DNA of 63,683 bases, filler included, from Olpidium bornovanus S191 (taxonomy: Eukaryota > Fungi > Olpidiomycota), in the NCBI GenBank assembly GCA_017911155.1. It is 28 parts of 28 records of this genome, joined end to end, with 100 filler letters (N's around TTAATTAATTAA, not from the genome) between each part and the next. Parts side by side here need not be neighbours in the genome. Positions count along the whole stretch, not along the records: positions 1 to 1,313 come from JAEFCI010004399.1; positions 1,414 to 3,035 come from JAEFCI010001948.1; positions 3,136 to 5,087 come from JAEFCI010006398.1; positions 5,188 to 6,643 come from JAEFCI010009848.1; positions 6,744 to 8,227 come from JAEFCI010012634.1; positions 8,328 to 12,108 come from JAEFCI010009372.1; 22 more parts are not named here. One strand, given 5' to 3'. The notes beneath the pieces are model-generated. The model was not told where the DNA came from. It was given only the letters and a program-made list of their open reading frames with translations, and searched no databases. The position numbers and the translations under genes are program-made. How positions within the stretch are numbered: position 1 is the first letter of the stretch; every line of letters begins with the position of its first letter. Positions 1 through 12,208 of this stretch are shown here, piece after piece.

Positions 1-1081
1 CATGAATTCTCTTAAAACCGCGTCCGCTTGCGCGTCACCGCCCGGAAAGGGCTGCCGACGCAGGAAACTCCGCAGGTCCGTCCAGAACTTGACCGAGTCC
101 AGCGGGTCTCCTTCCGGCCCCCCGGGCGGTGCTCCCATTTCCTCCGCGGGTGGCTGCCACGGCGCCGGCGCGGGTGGCAGTGACACTGGCACGGTTTGCA
201 CGCTCCCGGTTTTGGCCAGGACGTTCACGATGCTGCCGTCGACAACGCAATAGTCCGCGAGCGTGTGCCCGTCTTGCAATGCTTTTCCCTTGACGACAAG
301 TCTCTGATCCTTGGCAGCCAGCCCCGTCAGCGGCTCCAGCGCCGCCTTGAGCGCCGCGATCGTCGCGCCTCTCTCGAGAACAACCTCGTGTGACGGCCCC
401 GTGCCCTTGAGAAGCTTCGCGATCAAGGTGACACGGTCCGAAACTGAAAAAAAGCGAAAATGAGAAGTCGGATGTGGGTTAAAGAGATCGCCCCGGAACA
501 GGAATACACGTTCCGCGGCAGAAGTGGGTGACGGGGGTTCTCGGCAATCAAGTGGGTTCCGCCAGAAGTCAAACAACAGGGCAGGGAAGCTCAAGTGGGA
601 GACAAACGTCTCGTGCGACAGTTCTCTTTCCTTCCTTTCTTTCGTTCTCTCTTTTCTTTTTTTTGTTTTTTGTTTTTTTTTGGCTGTGCGTGCTTAAAAT
701 CCGGGGTGCGTAGAGAATACCTGAGGCAGCGGCGCTTGACGAAGCTCCGGCCTACACGAAACGCAAGCGCAGGCGGGCGTGGTGAAATTTTTTTGGCCGC
801 AGTTCCCAACCCGGCGTCAGTTTTTACCACACGGAGGGGGGGGGAGTAAAAAACGTTGGAAAGAAACCGCTTACTGGAGCTGCGGCAGTGGCGGTGGCGG
901 TGGTGGAGGAAGAGGAGGATGCGCAGGCCGGGCGGAACACGTGGGCTTCGGCGGCGTGGCGGCGGCTGGGGTAGTGCGGGCAGTAGTCGCTTCCGAAGCG
1001 CACGGGCCTTGCGGCCAGCTGCGCAAGGATCTGGGAAGCGAAAGCGAGCTCGCCGGCGGGGGGGAGGGACACGGCAGCCAT
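1..1081 (-). CDS. GET5: Get5/Mdy2 (UBL4A-like) ubiquitin-like protein, 3' end truncated; exons 1081-875, 751-721, 443-<1
   Basis: The N-terminus ELAFASQILAQLAARPVRFGSDY resembles the Get4-binding domain. A UBL domain follows (VTLIAKLLKG...ATIAALKAALEPLTGLAAKDQRLVVKGKALQDGHTLADY), then a C-terminal FWTDLRSFLRRQ dimerisation motif. GT-AG splice phases (0, 1) join all three exons in frame. Confidence 0.8.
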
Positions 1082-1313
1082 TTTTTTTTTTTTTTTTTTT
1101 TTTGTCCGCGCTGGTTCTCACTCGGTTTCCTGGCGCTTTCCGTTTTTTTTTTCCAACCGGGTTGGGGAGGGTGGCGGTGTGGGGAGGAGGGCGGGGCGGG
1201 GAAATGGCTCAGGGCTGGGCGGTAGCGAAAAAAAGTTACTAAACGTTAAATGCAAATCAAAAGCCGACTCGCGCGGCACACCCGAACCGCAGCTCTGCAG
1301 AATTGGAGAGTTC

Positions 1314-1413
1314 NNNNNNNNNNNNNNNNNNNNNNNNNNNNNNNNNNNNNNNNNNNNTTAATTAATTAANNNNNNNNNNNNNNNNNNNNNNNNNNNNNNN
1401 NNNNNNNNNNNNN
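1314..1413. other. Artificial contig linker (N44-TTAATTAATTAA-N44); 27 copies in the window
   Basis: Identical 100-nt spacer with stops in all six frames, starting at 1314, 3036, 5088, 6644, 8228, 12109, 14566, 15905, 17244, 21667, 22987, 26423, 29427, 31259, 34611, 38153, 40228, 41560, 45513, 46913, 51616, 53207, 55579, 57280, 58640, 60727 and 62234. Confidence 0.98.
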
Positions 1414-1975
1414 CATGCCTGACGACCAGGACGTCCTCCGGTCGCGCGTCAAGACGACGGGCATTACGGAGTCCATCTTTCACATCGGCGAGCTGATCTA
1501 CCGCTTGTTCGACGTCGGCGGGCAGCGGTCGGAGCGCAAGAAGTGGATCCATTGCTTCGAGAATGTGACGGCGATCGTTTTCTTGGTGGCGATCTCGGAG
1601 TACGACCAGGTGCTATTGGAGGACGAGACAGTTAACCGGATGCAGGAGGCCCTCACGCTGTTCGACTCGATCTGCAACTCGCGCTGGTTTGTCCAGACCT
1701 CCATGATTCTGTTCTTGAACAAGATAGACCGGTTCAAGGACAAGCTGTCCAAGAGCCCAATGAACAAGTATTTCCCCGACTACGAGGGCGGCGACTCGTA
1801 CGAGGCCGCCTGCGAGTACATGGCCAACCGCTTCGTCGCTCTCAACCAGTCGGAAGTCAAGCAGATTTACACCCACTTCACCTGTGCCACTGACACCAGC
1901 CAGATCAAGTTTGTCATGGCGGCGGTCAACGACATTATCATCCAGAACAACCTCCGCAACGTCGGCCTCTTGTGA
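1414..1975 (+). CDS. Heterotrimeric G-protein alpha subunit (Gi-like), C-terminal half, 5' truncated
   Basis: Motifs [30 protein letters not shown] and TCATDT; stop after NNLRNVGLL. Confidence 0.96.
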
Positions 1976-3135
1976 TCCGGCGGGAGGACCCGGAGCGCAA
2001 CGAAATGGACGGGCGTGGTTGGGAAGGGGGGCAGAAGTGGGGGGGTGGAGGTGCAGGGCGCGGGAATTCCCCAGCGGCAGGAACCGGGAGGGTGTGGCGT
2101 TAGAAGGAACGCAGGAAACGGCACGCTCTTTCTGTGATTTATTAATCTTCCCGGTTTTCCAGCATTTAGTCGTCCAAGCGGTTCGGCGGAAAGTCGGTGA
2201 CGACACCCTCACCCCCCAACCCCTCCCACCACCCACCTCTTGCCTCCCCGTTTGCGGAACTCCTTCATAACGCCGGTATTTTTTCCGGAACTTGCGCTCT
2301 CCGATATTGTTATTTATGCCCCCTCCCCTCACCGCCGCCCCCCCACCTCCCCTCTTCCCCCCCGCCCTCCATCTCTCTTTCCTCCCGCCGCGTTCTCGCA
2401 CTTATCCTTACCTCGGACCCGTCTGTCGTTCTGAATTCCGTTATACTCTAGTCTCCAAGTCCCCACCCCTCATTCTCTAGCTCCTAATAATTTTCCGGCC
2501 GCCGCGTGTTTTTTTTTTTTTCTCGCTCGCATTTCTCATGCAGCCAGCGCACCCCTTCCCCCCACCGCTCTTCTCCGCGTGGACGAAAAGGCTGCTCTCG
2601 ACAAAAACCCCGCCCCCCCCCCCCCCCTCCCTCTCTCCCTCTGTCCCCCACTTTATTTGCGAATGCCCGCGAAAGTTTTATAGCGGCGGGGTATCGGTCG
2701 CGAAGTGAGCGAATTGTCAACAGAGAGAACAGTCCGTTCCTTGGATTTTTTTTAATTGGTTTTTTTTTTTTTTTTTTACGTCGTGAATGACTTCCCTCCC
2801 CCCGCACACACACACTTCCCCAACCCTTTACCGGTATCTTTTTCGGAGACACGCAAAAACGTTGGGTCAGAAAACCTTTGGGAGTGGGAGGGGGACGTGG
2901 GAGCCAAAAAAAAAAAATGCTCGCGCGATTTTTGCGTCTTACCGAATACAATCCGAAGCTGGGAAATTCGTACGCCGCAAAGGGGCTGGATGGTTCCCGC
3001 AGCGACGAATTCTGGAACACGCGCGCGCCCACGCCNNNNNNNNNNNNNNNNNNNNNNNNNNNNNNNNNNNNNNNNNNNNTTAATTAATTAANNNNNNNNN
3101 NNNNNNNNNNNNNNNNNNNNNNNNNNNNNNNNNNN

Positions 3136-3620
3136 AGCTCCTCCAAAAGAGTCGACTTGTATGCTTCCATATACGTCAAGAACCCTCACACTAGGTTCGA
3201 GCCGGCAGAGCAATTCGCACGTGCCGTCAAACCATCAGGCTCGCGGCAAACATGCGGCTTCGACAAATAGGCATGGAGCTCGCCTGTCCTCCGAGTTAGA
3301 GTCAAACCAGCACCAGCCATCCAACCGCCGGTCAAATACTCACAGGCCTTCCCGTGCTTAAACGGGAATTGTGTGTGAACCAACGAGCGGCAATGGTGGT
3401 ACCAGCGGTTTGCTATCGTCGTCGAGGCAAAACTCTTACACCAACCGCCTAAGAGATCTCCGGTCTCTTCATCGTATGGCCAGGCCTCCCTCACACTCCC
3501 TTCGGCATCAAGGTTTTGCAATGGCCAAAGATCAAAGTACTCCGCCAAACGAGGGATCCCAGGGAGCGCGGAAGCGTACTTTCCTGTACAACTGGAATAC
3601 TCAGATCGCCTCTGAAGCAT
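3136..3620 (-). CDS. Unidentified spliced coding fragment
   Basis: A non-repetitive reading frame (LAEYFDLWPLQNLDAEGSVREAWPY...QFPFKHGKA) is followed by a GTGAGT...CAG intron whose removal keeps the frame (CELHAYLSKPHVC). No family recognised. Confidence 0.35.
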
Positions 3621-4075
3621 AAAAATCTTTGGAGGCAGGTCGCCGCTGTGGAAGAGAAACCCAACCGAGTCACGTCAGTGGCGGAGGTGCGCCCTGGACA
3701 GGGGCGGGGCCGAGCGGGGGCTCGGCAACACCGTCAAACCGCTCCAGAGAGGAGATATACTCTCCGAGCTTCCCCGTTGCGTCTCCGATTGGTGCCAATT
3801 ATCGGAGAGTTTCGAGAGTGCCTGGTGGCGGCGGTGCGTACTCCAGTGGGAAGCGGGGGGTCAGCCGCAGGGGACAAAATGACGTGTGGCAGCCAGTTTT
3901 ATAATTAAAGTAGACTACGTGTATAAATAACCCCGCTTGCACACGAACTTCTGTCGGCCTAGCCGCCACCCGCACGGCACCAACTCCGCAGAGGAGAGCA
4001 CTCGCCGCCGAGGCAAGTTGTTGTAAGGAAGAAAGCAACGCGTTCGGACCCCGTTTAGAACTGCCGCCGAGGCAT

Positions 4076-4101
<26 letters not shown>
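4076..4101. repeat. (AG)n microsatellite
   Basis: About 13 perfect AG units. Confidence 0.9.
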
Positions 4102-4108
<7 letters not shown>

Positions 4109-5286
4109 AAAAGAGACGAGCAGACGTCCGACCTTAGCACCCCAGCGGTCGCCGAAAAAGACTGCCATCGGGCGGAACTGAGCCGTTCTTGCCCACATAA
4201 TTGGCCCAAACGTCGCAGTTCGGCCAGATGGCAGTCAACCCGCATCCGCAGAGACCACGCGCGCGCTCCTGTCTGCTGCCAAACTTTTCTCTCTCGCCGC
4301 AATTGGATTTTCCGCATAATAATGCCCAGAAAAGGTGCCCCGCGCCCGTTCTTTCTTTCGTGCCGCCGCTCTTCGCCAGGGACAAAAAGTGTGCCGGACA
4401 TCCACGGCGGGCCCCGCCCGCGTCCCCACGTGACGCGCGCGCGCGCGCGAAAACGAGCGGGAAAAAAAACGCGCAACAAAACAACCGGGCGGCGGCGAAA
4501 AGGAAGAAAAAACAAACCGGGCAGCCGGATGATTGCAAGTTTGTTTTGCGTGCTGAAAATGAAGCAGCGTGCGCATTTTTTTTTTTTTTTTGGGGGTCCC
4601 CGTTCGGCGCAAATCCCCTTTCCCGCCCCCCACTCCTTCTCCCCGCCCATCTCGACGCGGCCCGGCGAAGCCGAGAGCGGGAAGGACGCAAAAAGTGTGT
4701 GTGACGGCGACGCGCCACGCGAGGCGACCCGGAGAGGGCGGGGCCCGCCGAGCAGGCAGAGGAGTCCCGATCCGCAACCTTGCCGGGGACTGTCGGCGGG
4801 CTTTGCGGGGGGGGGAAGGGGGTCGTCCGCGAGGGGAGGGGCGCACCGCAACACAAAGTCGGAACCCGGCCTCTCCGAACGCCCGCGGACGGCTTTATCG
4901 CATTTTTTTTTGTTTTTTACCTTCGGCGGGTTGGACGGCCGGGGGCGCCTCGTCCTCCTTTTTCTTCGTTTGCAATTAAAATTCCTCGAAGGGGAGGGGG
5001 GGGGGGGGGGACCGGGGGGTTCTTTTTTTTTTTTTTTTTTTTTTTTTGGCTTCGCTTGGCATAGAGGACAGGGACGGCTTGGTGCAANNNNNNNNNNNNN
5101 NNNNNNNNNNNNNNNNNNNNNNNNNNNNNNNTTAATTAATTAANNNNNNNNNNNNNNNNNNNNNNNNNNNNNNNNNNNNNNNNNNNNCCTTTCGCTTTGA
5201 CTTTCTATGATTTTTTTTTTGAGTTTTCTTTTTTTGTGAAATTTTTTTTTCATGTTTTGGGAATTTTTGTTATCGTGAGTTTTCTC

Positions 5287-5319
<33 letters not shown>

Positions 5320-5340
5320 CCCCAATTTTTTTTTTTCTTT

Positions 5341-5394
<54 letters not shown>

Positions 5395-5639
5395 GGGTGG
5401 GTTCCAGTTTTCCTTTCGCGGAAGCGCAGTTTATAAAATAAATTATCGAGGGACGCGTCGCAACGCACCCATGTCGTAAGTTCCAAAAAGAAAAAAAAAC
5501 TGCGGGTTATTATTTTATTATTTCTTTGATTTTTTTTTTATTTTTAGCTCTTGCCGCAGCGTATCTGAAATCTACTCTTCGATCAGCCTATTATTACACG
5601 CGGCGAGCCATCGGGCTCGAAGAAAGATCCCGAGTCCTC

Positions 5640-6225
5640 CGAAGGCCGCGTCTCCATATTTTCGGCTCTGTGAATTGGATTCCAGATAATCTGGCAGCAG
5701 GATGCTGGAACGCTTGCGGTTTTGTTCCCAAACTTGTTTCCTTTCGGAACCAGTGGACTGAAGTTCCAGAGATCCAACAGATATTTTGAAATGAAACTCA
5801 TCTGGTATTACTTGAATCTGTCCACCAGGCAATTCGTGCACCACCAGGCAATTCGTGCAAGACAGGAACTTCAAGATGCTCATGTTTGATTACATGGGTC
5901 ATAAAAAAACTGAATACCGGTTTGTATATCAAAGTTACACAGAAGCCCTCTTTAGCAACCATGACTGCTTCAGTTGACGTGGAAGATGTCCTCACTAGGC
6001 TGAGAAACATAGAGAAAAAAAGAAAAGCGATCAGAGCGAGTCTACCTTTCGTTGCTGCTGAAACATCAGAAAATGCGCGGAACTTTGTCAGAACAATTAC
6101 CACCGGAGCACGCAGCATGTGGGGATCAAATGAAGAGAAAAAAGAATTCAGAAAAAAGGCGGACGCCATGTGCATCTTCTACGGATCTCCTTCCCTCTTC
6201 AGGACATTTACCCCCAATCCAGACG
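5640..6225 (+). mobile_element. Degenerate Helitron Rep (Helitron_like_N region) fragment
   Basis: Helitron Rep motifs LFPNLFPFG (about 5722-5750) and GSNEEKKEFRKKADAMCIFYGSPSLFRTFTPNPD. A perfect 19-bp tandem duplication (5822-5859) shifts the frame. An LTR interrupts the fragment at 6226. Confidence 0.72.
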
Positions 6226-6643
6226 TGTGCTGTAGCACGGCCCTCAAACCGCCCGTCGACCGACGCCACGGAAGGCAGGCGGCGGGCGAAGGCGGGCGCA
6301 GGGCAAAGGGCGGCGGGCGAAAGGCGCAGATCAAAGGACGAGAGGCGGTCGAAGGGCGGAGGCGGCGGCGGGATCGAGGGCAGGGCGGCCCCCGAACATG
6401 GGAGCCCATCAATAGAATAGCCCCCCTCGAAGCCCGCCAATCGAAGAGCGCTTCCCCCCTTCCCCCCCCCAAGCCCCCCCATCCAAGGGCCTTCCCCCTT
6501 GCCCCCCCCCCCCCCCAGGGCCGCCCGGGGGACCCCCCCCCAACCGTACCCCCCCCCCCACGACTGCCCCCGCACCCCCCCCTCGCACGCAAGAGCTCGG
6601 AGCCCCGCGGGGGAACCGCGCGGGGAGGGACCGGACGCACCGC
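6226..6643 (+). mobile_element. LTR family A, 5' part (truncated by contig end)
   Basis: Begins TGTGCTGTAGCACGGCCCTC and is colinear with 19133-19570. Confidence 0.75.
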
Positions 6644-7148
6644 NNNNNNNNNNNNNNNNNNNNNNNNNNNNNNNNNNNNNNNNNNNNTTAATTAATTAAN
6701 NNNNNNNNNNNNNNNNNNNNNNNNNNNNNNNNNNNNNNNNNNNAGGGGGGGGGGAGGAGGGGAGAACGGACGGGGGGCTGGGAGGGGAGAAAGGAAGGGG
6801 GCCGGGAGGGGGCTGAAAGCGGCGTGAACATGACCCCGTCGACCGTCAACGCCCCGGCTCACCGCCCAGTTCACGGATTGCCGCGAACGGGAAGGCCTTC
6901 TTTGGGAAGAAAGAGAGCACGAAAAAAAAAAAAATTTGAAAGTCCCCGCGTTCCGAATCTACGACGCAGGTGTCGAAAATACCCCGCCGTTCTTTTTCTT
7001 GCCGGCTCTTTTTTACCACTTGGTCTTTCAAGCGCCCGCGGAAAGAGGGGATCCAGGCGGCTGACGCGGTCCACGGGGTGATTTGTCGCGCGCCGTTTCT
7101 TTTTTTATGCTTACTTTGCTCGCGGCTCGCCGACCAACAAAAAAAAAG

Positions 7149-8227
7149 GTACATCAAGCAGAAAAAGTACAACGACGCACTCCTTCTCCTTCACTCCGGC
7201 GCGGAGACGCTGCTCAAACACGGCCAGTCCGGGAGCGGCACGGACCTTGCGCTCTACTTCGTCGAGACGCTGTCCGTGAGCCGGACGTCGGTGACGAACG
7301 ACGTGCGAGGTTCGAACGCCCCCTCCCTCTCTTCCGGCACCGCGTCGAGTTTCAGTTCGGGCCGGGTGACAGAAGGGGCGGGCGAAACGGAACGGTTACC
7401 TCTACTTTGACTAAATATCTTACCACCCCCTCGTTCCGGTATAATTTCGTGTTTTTTTTAGAGCACCTCGAGATCATTTTGAAACACATACCGGCGACGG
7501 AACCGGGGAGAAAACGTTTCATTCAGGCCGCGGTCAGGTGCGCCCGGGCACGGCCGTAGCCGCGTTTTTGAAAAAAACGGAAAAAAAAAGAAACGCGATG
7601 GGATTACGAACATACCTCGAACCTGACGGCGTTTTGTGATGCGACCGGATCGAAAGCTGGTCGGCAAAAAACGGTGATTGTCCCACGGGCGATCCGCAAC
7701 TTCATCACTTCGTCGGTTCGATGTACTGGAAAGGTAAGGCGGAGGTTAGATGCGGCGTTGTGCGTGAGCCCGCTTTCTTCTCCGGAGCCCCCGCCAACGG
7801 GTTCGCGCTGAATTCCGTCGATAAAAACGCAACAAAAAATCTCCCCTGCAGAGAAGAGGTTTGCCGAAGCGGAGCAGCACTTCGCGCTGGGCACGGAGTC
7901 GAGCGCGCGGCTCATGGGTCGAATGCTGTGCGAGATGTCGGCAAAGAACGCGAACGAGCCGAACGTGTTCGGCTACCACTTGACTCGGGGGGTGTTGCGG
8001 TACAGTTTTTTTTTTTTTTTTTTTTTTTCTTCTTCCTTCCATCAGACCACGGCGCGCGAGCGATCCGGACGCGAAGGGGGAAGAAAGGGTGGGTAGGAAG
8101 GAAAGCGCATGTTTTTGGAATTTCACCGCCTGTCCTCCCTTCTGTCAGCCTGCTCGCGCAGAAGAAGATCAAGTACGCGCGTGTCGCCTTCCAGTCCTTT
8201 TGCGACGATTACAACTCAGAGCACAGC
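7149..8227 (+). CDS. GET4: Get4/TRC35 (DUF410), internal exons, partial
   Basis: Five exons read RYIKQKKYNDALLLLHSGAETLLKHGQSGSGTDLAL / EHLEIILKHIPATEPGRKRFIQAAV / WSAKNGDCPTGDPQLHHFVGSMYWK / EKRFAEAEQHFALG / LLAQKKIKYA. The GDPxLHH motif is typical of Get4. Confidence 0.88.
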
Positions 8228-9298
8228 NNNNNNNNNNNNNNNNNNNNNNNNNNNNNNNNNNNNNNNNNNNNTTAATTAATTAANNNNNNNNNNNNNNNNN
8301 NNNNNNNNNNNNNNNNNNNNNNNNNNNCATGGTAGACAGTCTTCTGGATCATCTGCGCCTCTGGTACGGACTCACCGCAGAGGCGCAGCTGGGCGACGGT
8401 TCCGTGGGGGCGGGCATCGTACTGGGCGATGGACGGGGAATCCAACACGCATAGGGTCATCCAAGAGTCCCGCGCACGCTGCAAAAGTCGTGAAAATCCC
8501 TCCAGGCAAAATGCAACGAGCCTAATCCCATTGGGTGTGGTGGTGGAATTTGCATATTTCCCGGAAACCCCCTGGCAGCAGCAACAGCAGCAGCAGGAAA
8601 ACGATTGTACTTCGGGAGTGGGTTGCGTGTGGACCCCCGGCAACCGGCGGGATAAGAAATCGTTGATCTATAACTCGCAGAGAGTTCTGCCGTCGATGAT
8701 GAGAAAAATTGTTGACAGGGGCTCGATGACACCTTCGATTGGTAACGAGCGCTACGTGTCGCAACCACAGACTTTTGTCAGACACAAAGCTAGCGGTTCG
8801 GGGGGGAAGGCACTGTCGTCCATTACGATTTTTCAGCCTAAATGCCTCCTTCACGGGTATACCTCACGGGACGTCAACGGGGCAACGGGTTCCACGCGCA
8901 GTGTTGATGACCGGAGAGAGTGCTCCCTTGAGGAAGTAGTACGTATTTGTTGTTCGTGCGTGTGTGCAGGTGGTGTGTAGAAATCTACGTCAGCACAAAG
9001 GAACCTGCGCGCCCTTGACAGATTTCGGGGCCCCTATTGACCGGCCCACCTTCGGACGCCATACAAGTTTTATGATAACGCCACGCGGTGGCGAGGCGGC
9101 CGATGGTCGAATTGGCGGACTGTCGGATTCTCATTAATGGCCTCGGGTCTGATCGGCGTACTTCCCGCAATTGCCGAGGGCGGCAGGGGCAAGGCGAGTA
9201 GGCTGGTCGGGGTAGTCTCTCAACGGCCAAAAGGGCTAATGCCCTCGTCTCGCACAAAAACCACTCCAGAGAACCGGATAAGCAGCGCGGTTCCTCTC

Positions 9299-11156
9299 CT
9301 AATAGTACACAGACCGTGTTCGGTGTATGGGAATTGCCTCCATCTGCTGCGCGTTCTCAGGGTTCTTGGCGAAGTCCCATATAAAGAAGTCCAACAGAAT
9401 CGCGTTGACCTCTTCCGTGTTGTCGCCTTCGGCGCACTGCTGCCGGACGACGGCACGACGGATCATCTCCACCGCCCATATGGTGTTTGCGCGGATCTCG
9501 ATTTCCCGGCGGTCGCCCGGCTCCAACAGCACGCCGGATTTGAGGAACGCGAGGAGCGAAGAGGAATACCGGAGTGCGCCGAAGTGAACCAGCGCCTTGC
9601 GGGGAACGGTTACGCGCGTTTGCCGAAAGGACGGAAAGAGGAATACGGCGATAATGAGCGTGAAGCGATCGTTACAATCAAACCGCCAGCTACTTCTGGC
9701 TTCCTTTTCGTTACCTGCGGCACCCGGTAGTCCGCGAAAGCCGTTATTTTCGCAATGTCGTGGAAGGTGCCGTACGAAACTTTGTCGAAGCAGGCCCAAA
9801 TGTCCGAAACCAGGATCTGTGCGCGCTTGTAGAATCGGACTTCCAGGGAGATCACGTACAGTGGTAAGAAGCGACCGGGCGGAAGCGTGTCAATGCGGGG
9901 ATCCGGGGGGCCCCGACACGATGAGAGAGCTGCCCCGGAATACAGTGCATACCCCAAAGCTTTGCAAGGTCTCCTTACCGTCACGGCCAAGGAAGCGCAC
10001 TTCGTCACGGAAGGATGGGAACTCCTGGACGACCAATTCCACGAGTCGTGCGGCGCTCCCGCCGGCCTCCAGGACGCAATTGACGAACGACCCTCCGAAC
10101 GTGTCGCACAGGCCCCGCCCGGCCTGCCGCATGCCCGCCACGCGCTCGGCGTACAGCGGGATCTCCTCCTCGCAGCCCTCGTCCGCGCGGAAAAAATCTT
10201 TGAAGAACTCTTCCGTTGCACCGGCAGATACCCACGTCGCGGGTGACGTGATCGGGACGCCCTTTCGGACGGCTGGGTTGAAAAAAACGACGCATTCAAA
10301 CGAACTTGCGTCTCAGAGGGCGTACCGAGCACCAAGGCGAGTGTCCGCGCAGGCGCAAGCCTTCACCGTCGCGAGCTGGGTGTGCTCACCGCGGTTGACA
10401 CACGCGCACAGCGTCCAGTATCCCGTGTACCGCACGCCGTCAAGCGAAACGGCATACCGTCTCTCTTCGGGGAGTTCCGACCAAAAGGAGAAGTTGAGCA
10501 GGTCGACGAGGAAAATCCTGTTTATGACGTTCGACGTAATCAAGGAGAGCAGCTCGGTCGTTCAGTTTGGAGTTCACGTAGCTTGACATTTCGACGGAGT
10601 CTCCAACCACCGGCCCCTAACCAGTCAACCGTGTGTTCGTTAGCCGCCTTCGGGTGAAGCAGGTGCGACTTCCAAGACTTGGTGCTGTATGTCTTTTCCC
10701 GCATCAACTTGCGGATCTGGCGGCAAGGGCGCCCGAGAAGGCGGGTCGCCGTCAGGGGACGAATAGGGCTAAAGAAAAGCGCAGCTGAACCCCGCCGCGT
10801 CTCAACGGCCACCCTGCTTGCTTCACGGCGCCTGCCAACCAACAGAAGCCACCACGGGAAAGAGACGAGGCAAAACGTACCGCTGCGGCGGCTTCGTTCA
10901 CGCCGTCCTCCGGGACAAAGACATCCTGACTGTTCTGGGAAGGAAGTCGGCAAAAGGCGAGGAGGAAACTGAGCCCGTGTCGCCGCGGGCGGCCGCTGCT
11001 GGCCGAAAAAGGATTTTTCTCTCGCTCTCTCTCTATCCGGAAACACGAGACGGTTGTTATCCCTGCCGGGCGGGGGAAGGATACCTCGACGACGAAGCGC
11101 GCGCTCGCGAGCACGGTGCCGAGGGTCTCGTGCTCGGCGTCGTCGCGGGCGGCCAT
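9299..11156 (-). CDS. QNG1: Queuosine salvage protein (queuosine 5'-phosphate N-glycosylase/hydrolase, DUF2419/C9orf64), complete, 7 exons
   Basis: Motifs FVVE|NSQDVFV, SWKSHLLHP, IFLVDLLNFSFW, YTGYWTLCACVNR, FYKRAQILVSDIW, ITAFADYRVPQ, EIEIRANTIWAVE and the C-terminus PIHRTRSVYY*. All intron phases are compatible. Confidence 0.95.
10935..11084 (-). other. QNG1 intron 1 with U12-type (minor) 5' splice site GTATCCTT
   Basis: Homology fixes the donor at GAG|GTATCCTT and the acceptor at CCCAG|AAC. No good TCCTTRAC branch point is visible. Confidence 0.55.
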
Positions 11157-11689
11157 GCGGCGGTGCGAGTAAATAATATTCTAATATATAGCTGACAATT
11201 GGAGGGCCCCCGCGGTTTGGCCACGGTGCCGCCGGCCGGCCTCTGGAATCGTCGCAGCAGGGAGCGAGCGAGCGGACGCCACACACTACACAAACCCTGC
11301 GGCTTTTCCGGGGTTACCTGTAGTTTATTCGTCCGCCGGCAATGCAAAGTCTCAGATGACCTGTCCCGCTCTCCAATTGGTTCGGTTCCGTCATCCAGCA
11401 CGTCGAAGCCGCCCTTACGAACCCGCTCCTTGTGCTCGACGGCGAAATGCACCTGCGGGAGATCCGCAATTTCGGCCGTCGGCGTTGTCCGGGACTCGGG
11501 GATGCTTGATCTCGTCGTTAAACTGTAAACCCACCGTGAGTCGGGCTCTTTCAGAATGGCAATAGAATGCGCCGACCACGACTAAATCGCTTAGAATAAC
11601 ACTTGGGAGGAGGTAGCGAGACTCCTCGCTGGATGACAGGCGGTGACATCCAGAGTGGTTGTTCATTATTAAGGAGGCCCAAGACGTGT

Positions 11690-12108
11690 CGCTCGATACA
11701 AGATTTCTACTGGTAGCAAGGGGATTTATTCAGATTGAAGTAATCAATTGCGAAGAAATGTTTGCACCCTTGGCGGAAGTCTGCATCGATCCGGACAACC
11801 CTTGCAGTTGGCGCAGTAAGAAAGTTGAGCATGCGTCAAATGGATGTCGTCACAGCATTTCTGTATTTGGAAGCAGACATGATTTACATTTCCTCGTCGG
11901 AAAGCAGGGACATTGATAGGAGTGATGCACACTCCCGTGCATGTTTCAAGTGACAGACGTAGGGCCTGTGACATGCGTCGAAAGGATGCATGTCCGCGGA
12001 GATGAAGGCAATGACATACTGTACTTGAGCCAGATGAAGTACATAAATGATATTTTCAGGAGGTTTCAAGATGGAATATGCAAAGCCTTTTGCTACACGG
12101 GTGTGCAG
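11690..12108 (+). mobile_element. Degenerate Ty1/copia reverse transcriptase remnant
   Basis: Motifs LVARGFIQ..INCEEMFAP, RQMDVVTAFL and LYLSQMKYINDIFRRF, spread over shifted frames. Confidence 0.85.
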
Positions 12109-12208
12109 NNNNNNNNNNNNNNNNNNNNNNNNNNNNNNNNNNNNNNNNNNNNTTAATTAATTAANNNNNNNNNNNNNNNNNNNNNNNNNNNNNNNNNNNN
12201 NNNNNNNN

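Noticed and set aside
1358-1369. TTAATTAATTAA as a recurring biological motif, and ORFs ending in X...LIN
   Set aside because: It is a six-frame stop linker added when contigs were concatenated.
1414-1975. Intronless Galpha segment as a retrogene; Val in place of the pertussis-toxin Cys at position -4
   Set aside because: Other genes here also have long exons (MRPL16, OGFOD1), and C-terminal variation is common among fungal Galpha subunits.
1-8227. GET5 and its partner GET4 lie within 8 kb, suggesting a gene cluster
   Set aside because: They are on different contigs separated by artificial linkers, so there is no evidence of physical linkage.
8328-8520. Possible minus-strand exon (WMTLCVLDSPSIAQYDARPHGTVAQ)
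   Set aside because: Splice signals are plausible, but two frames are open and no family was recognised.
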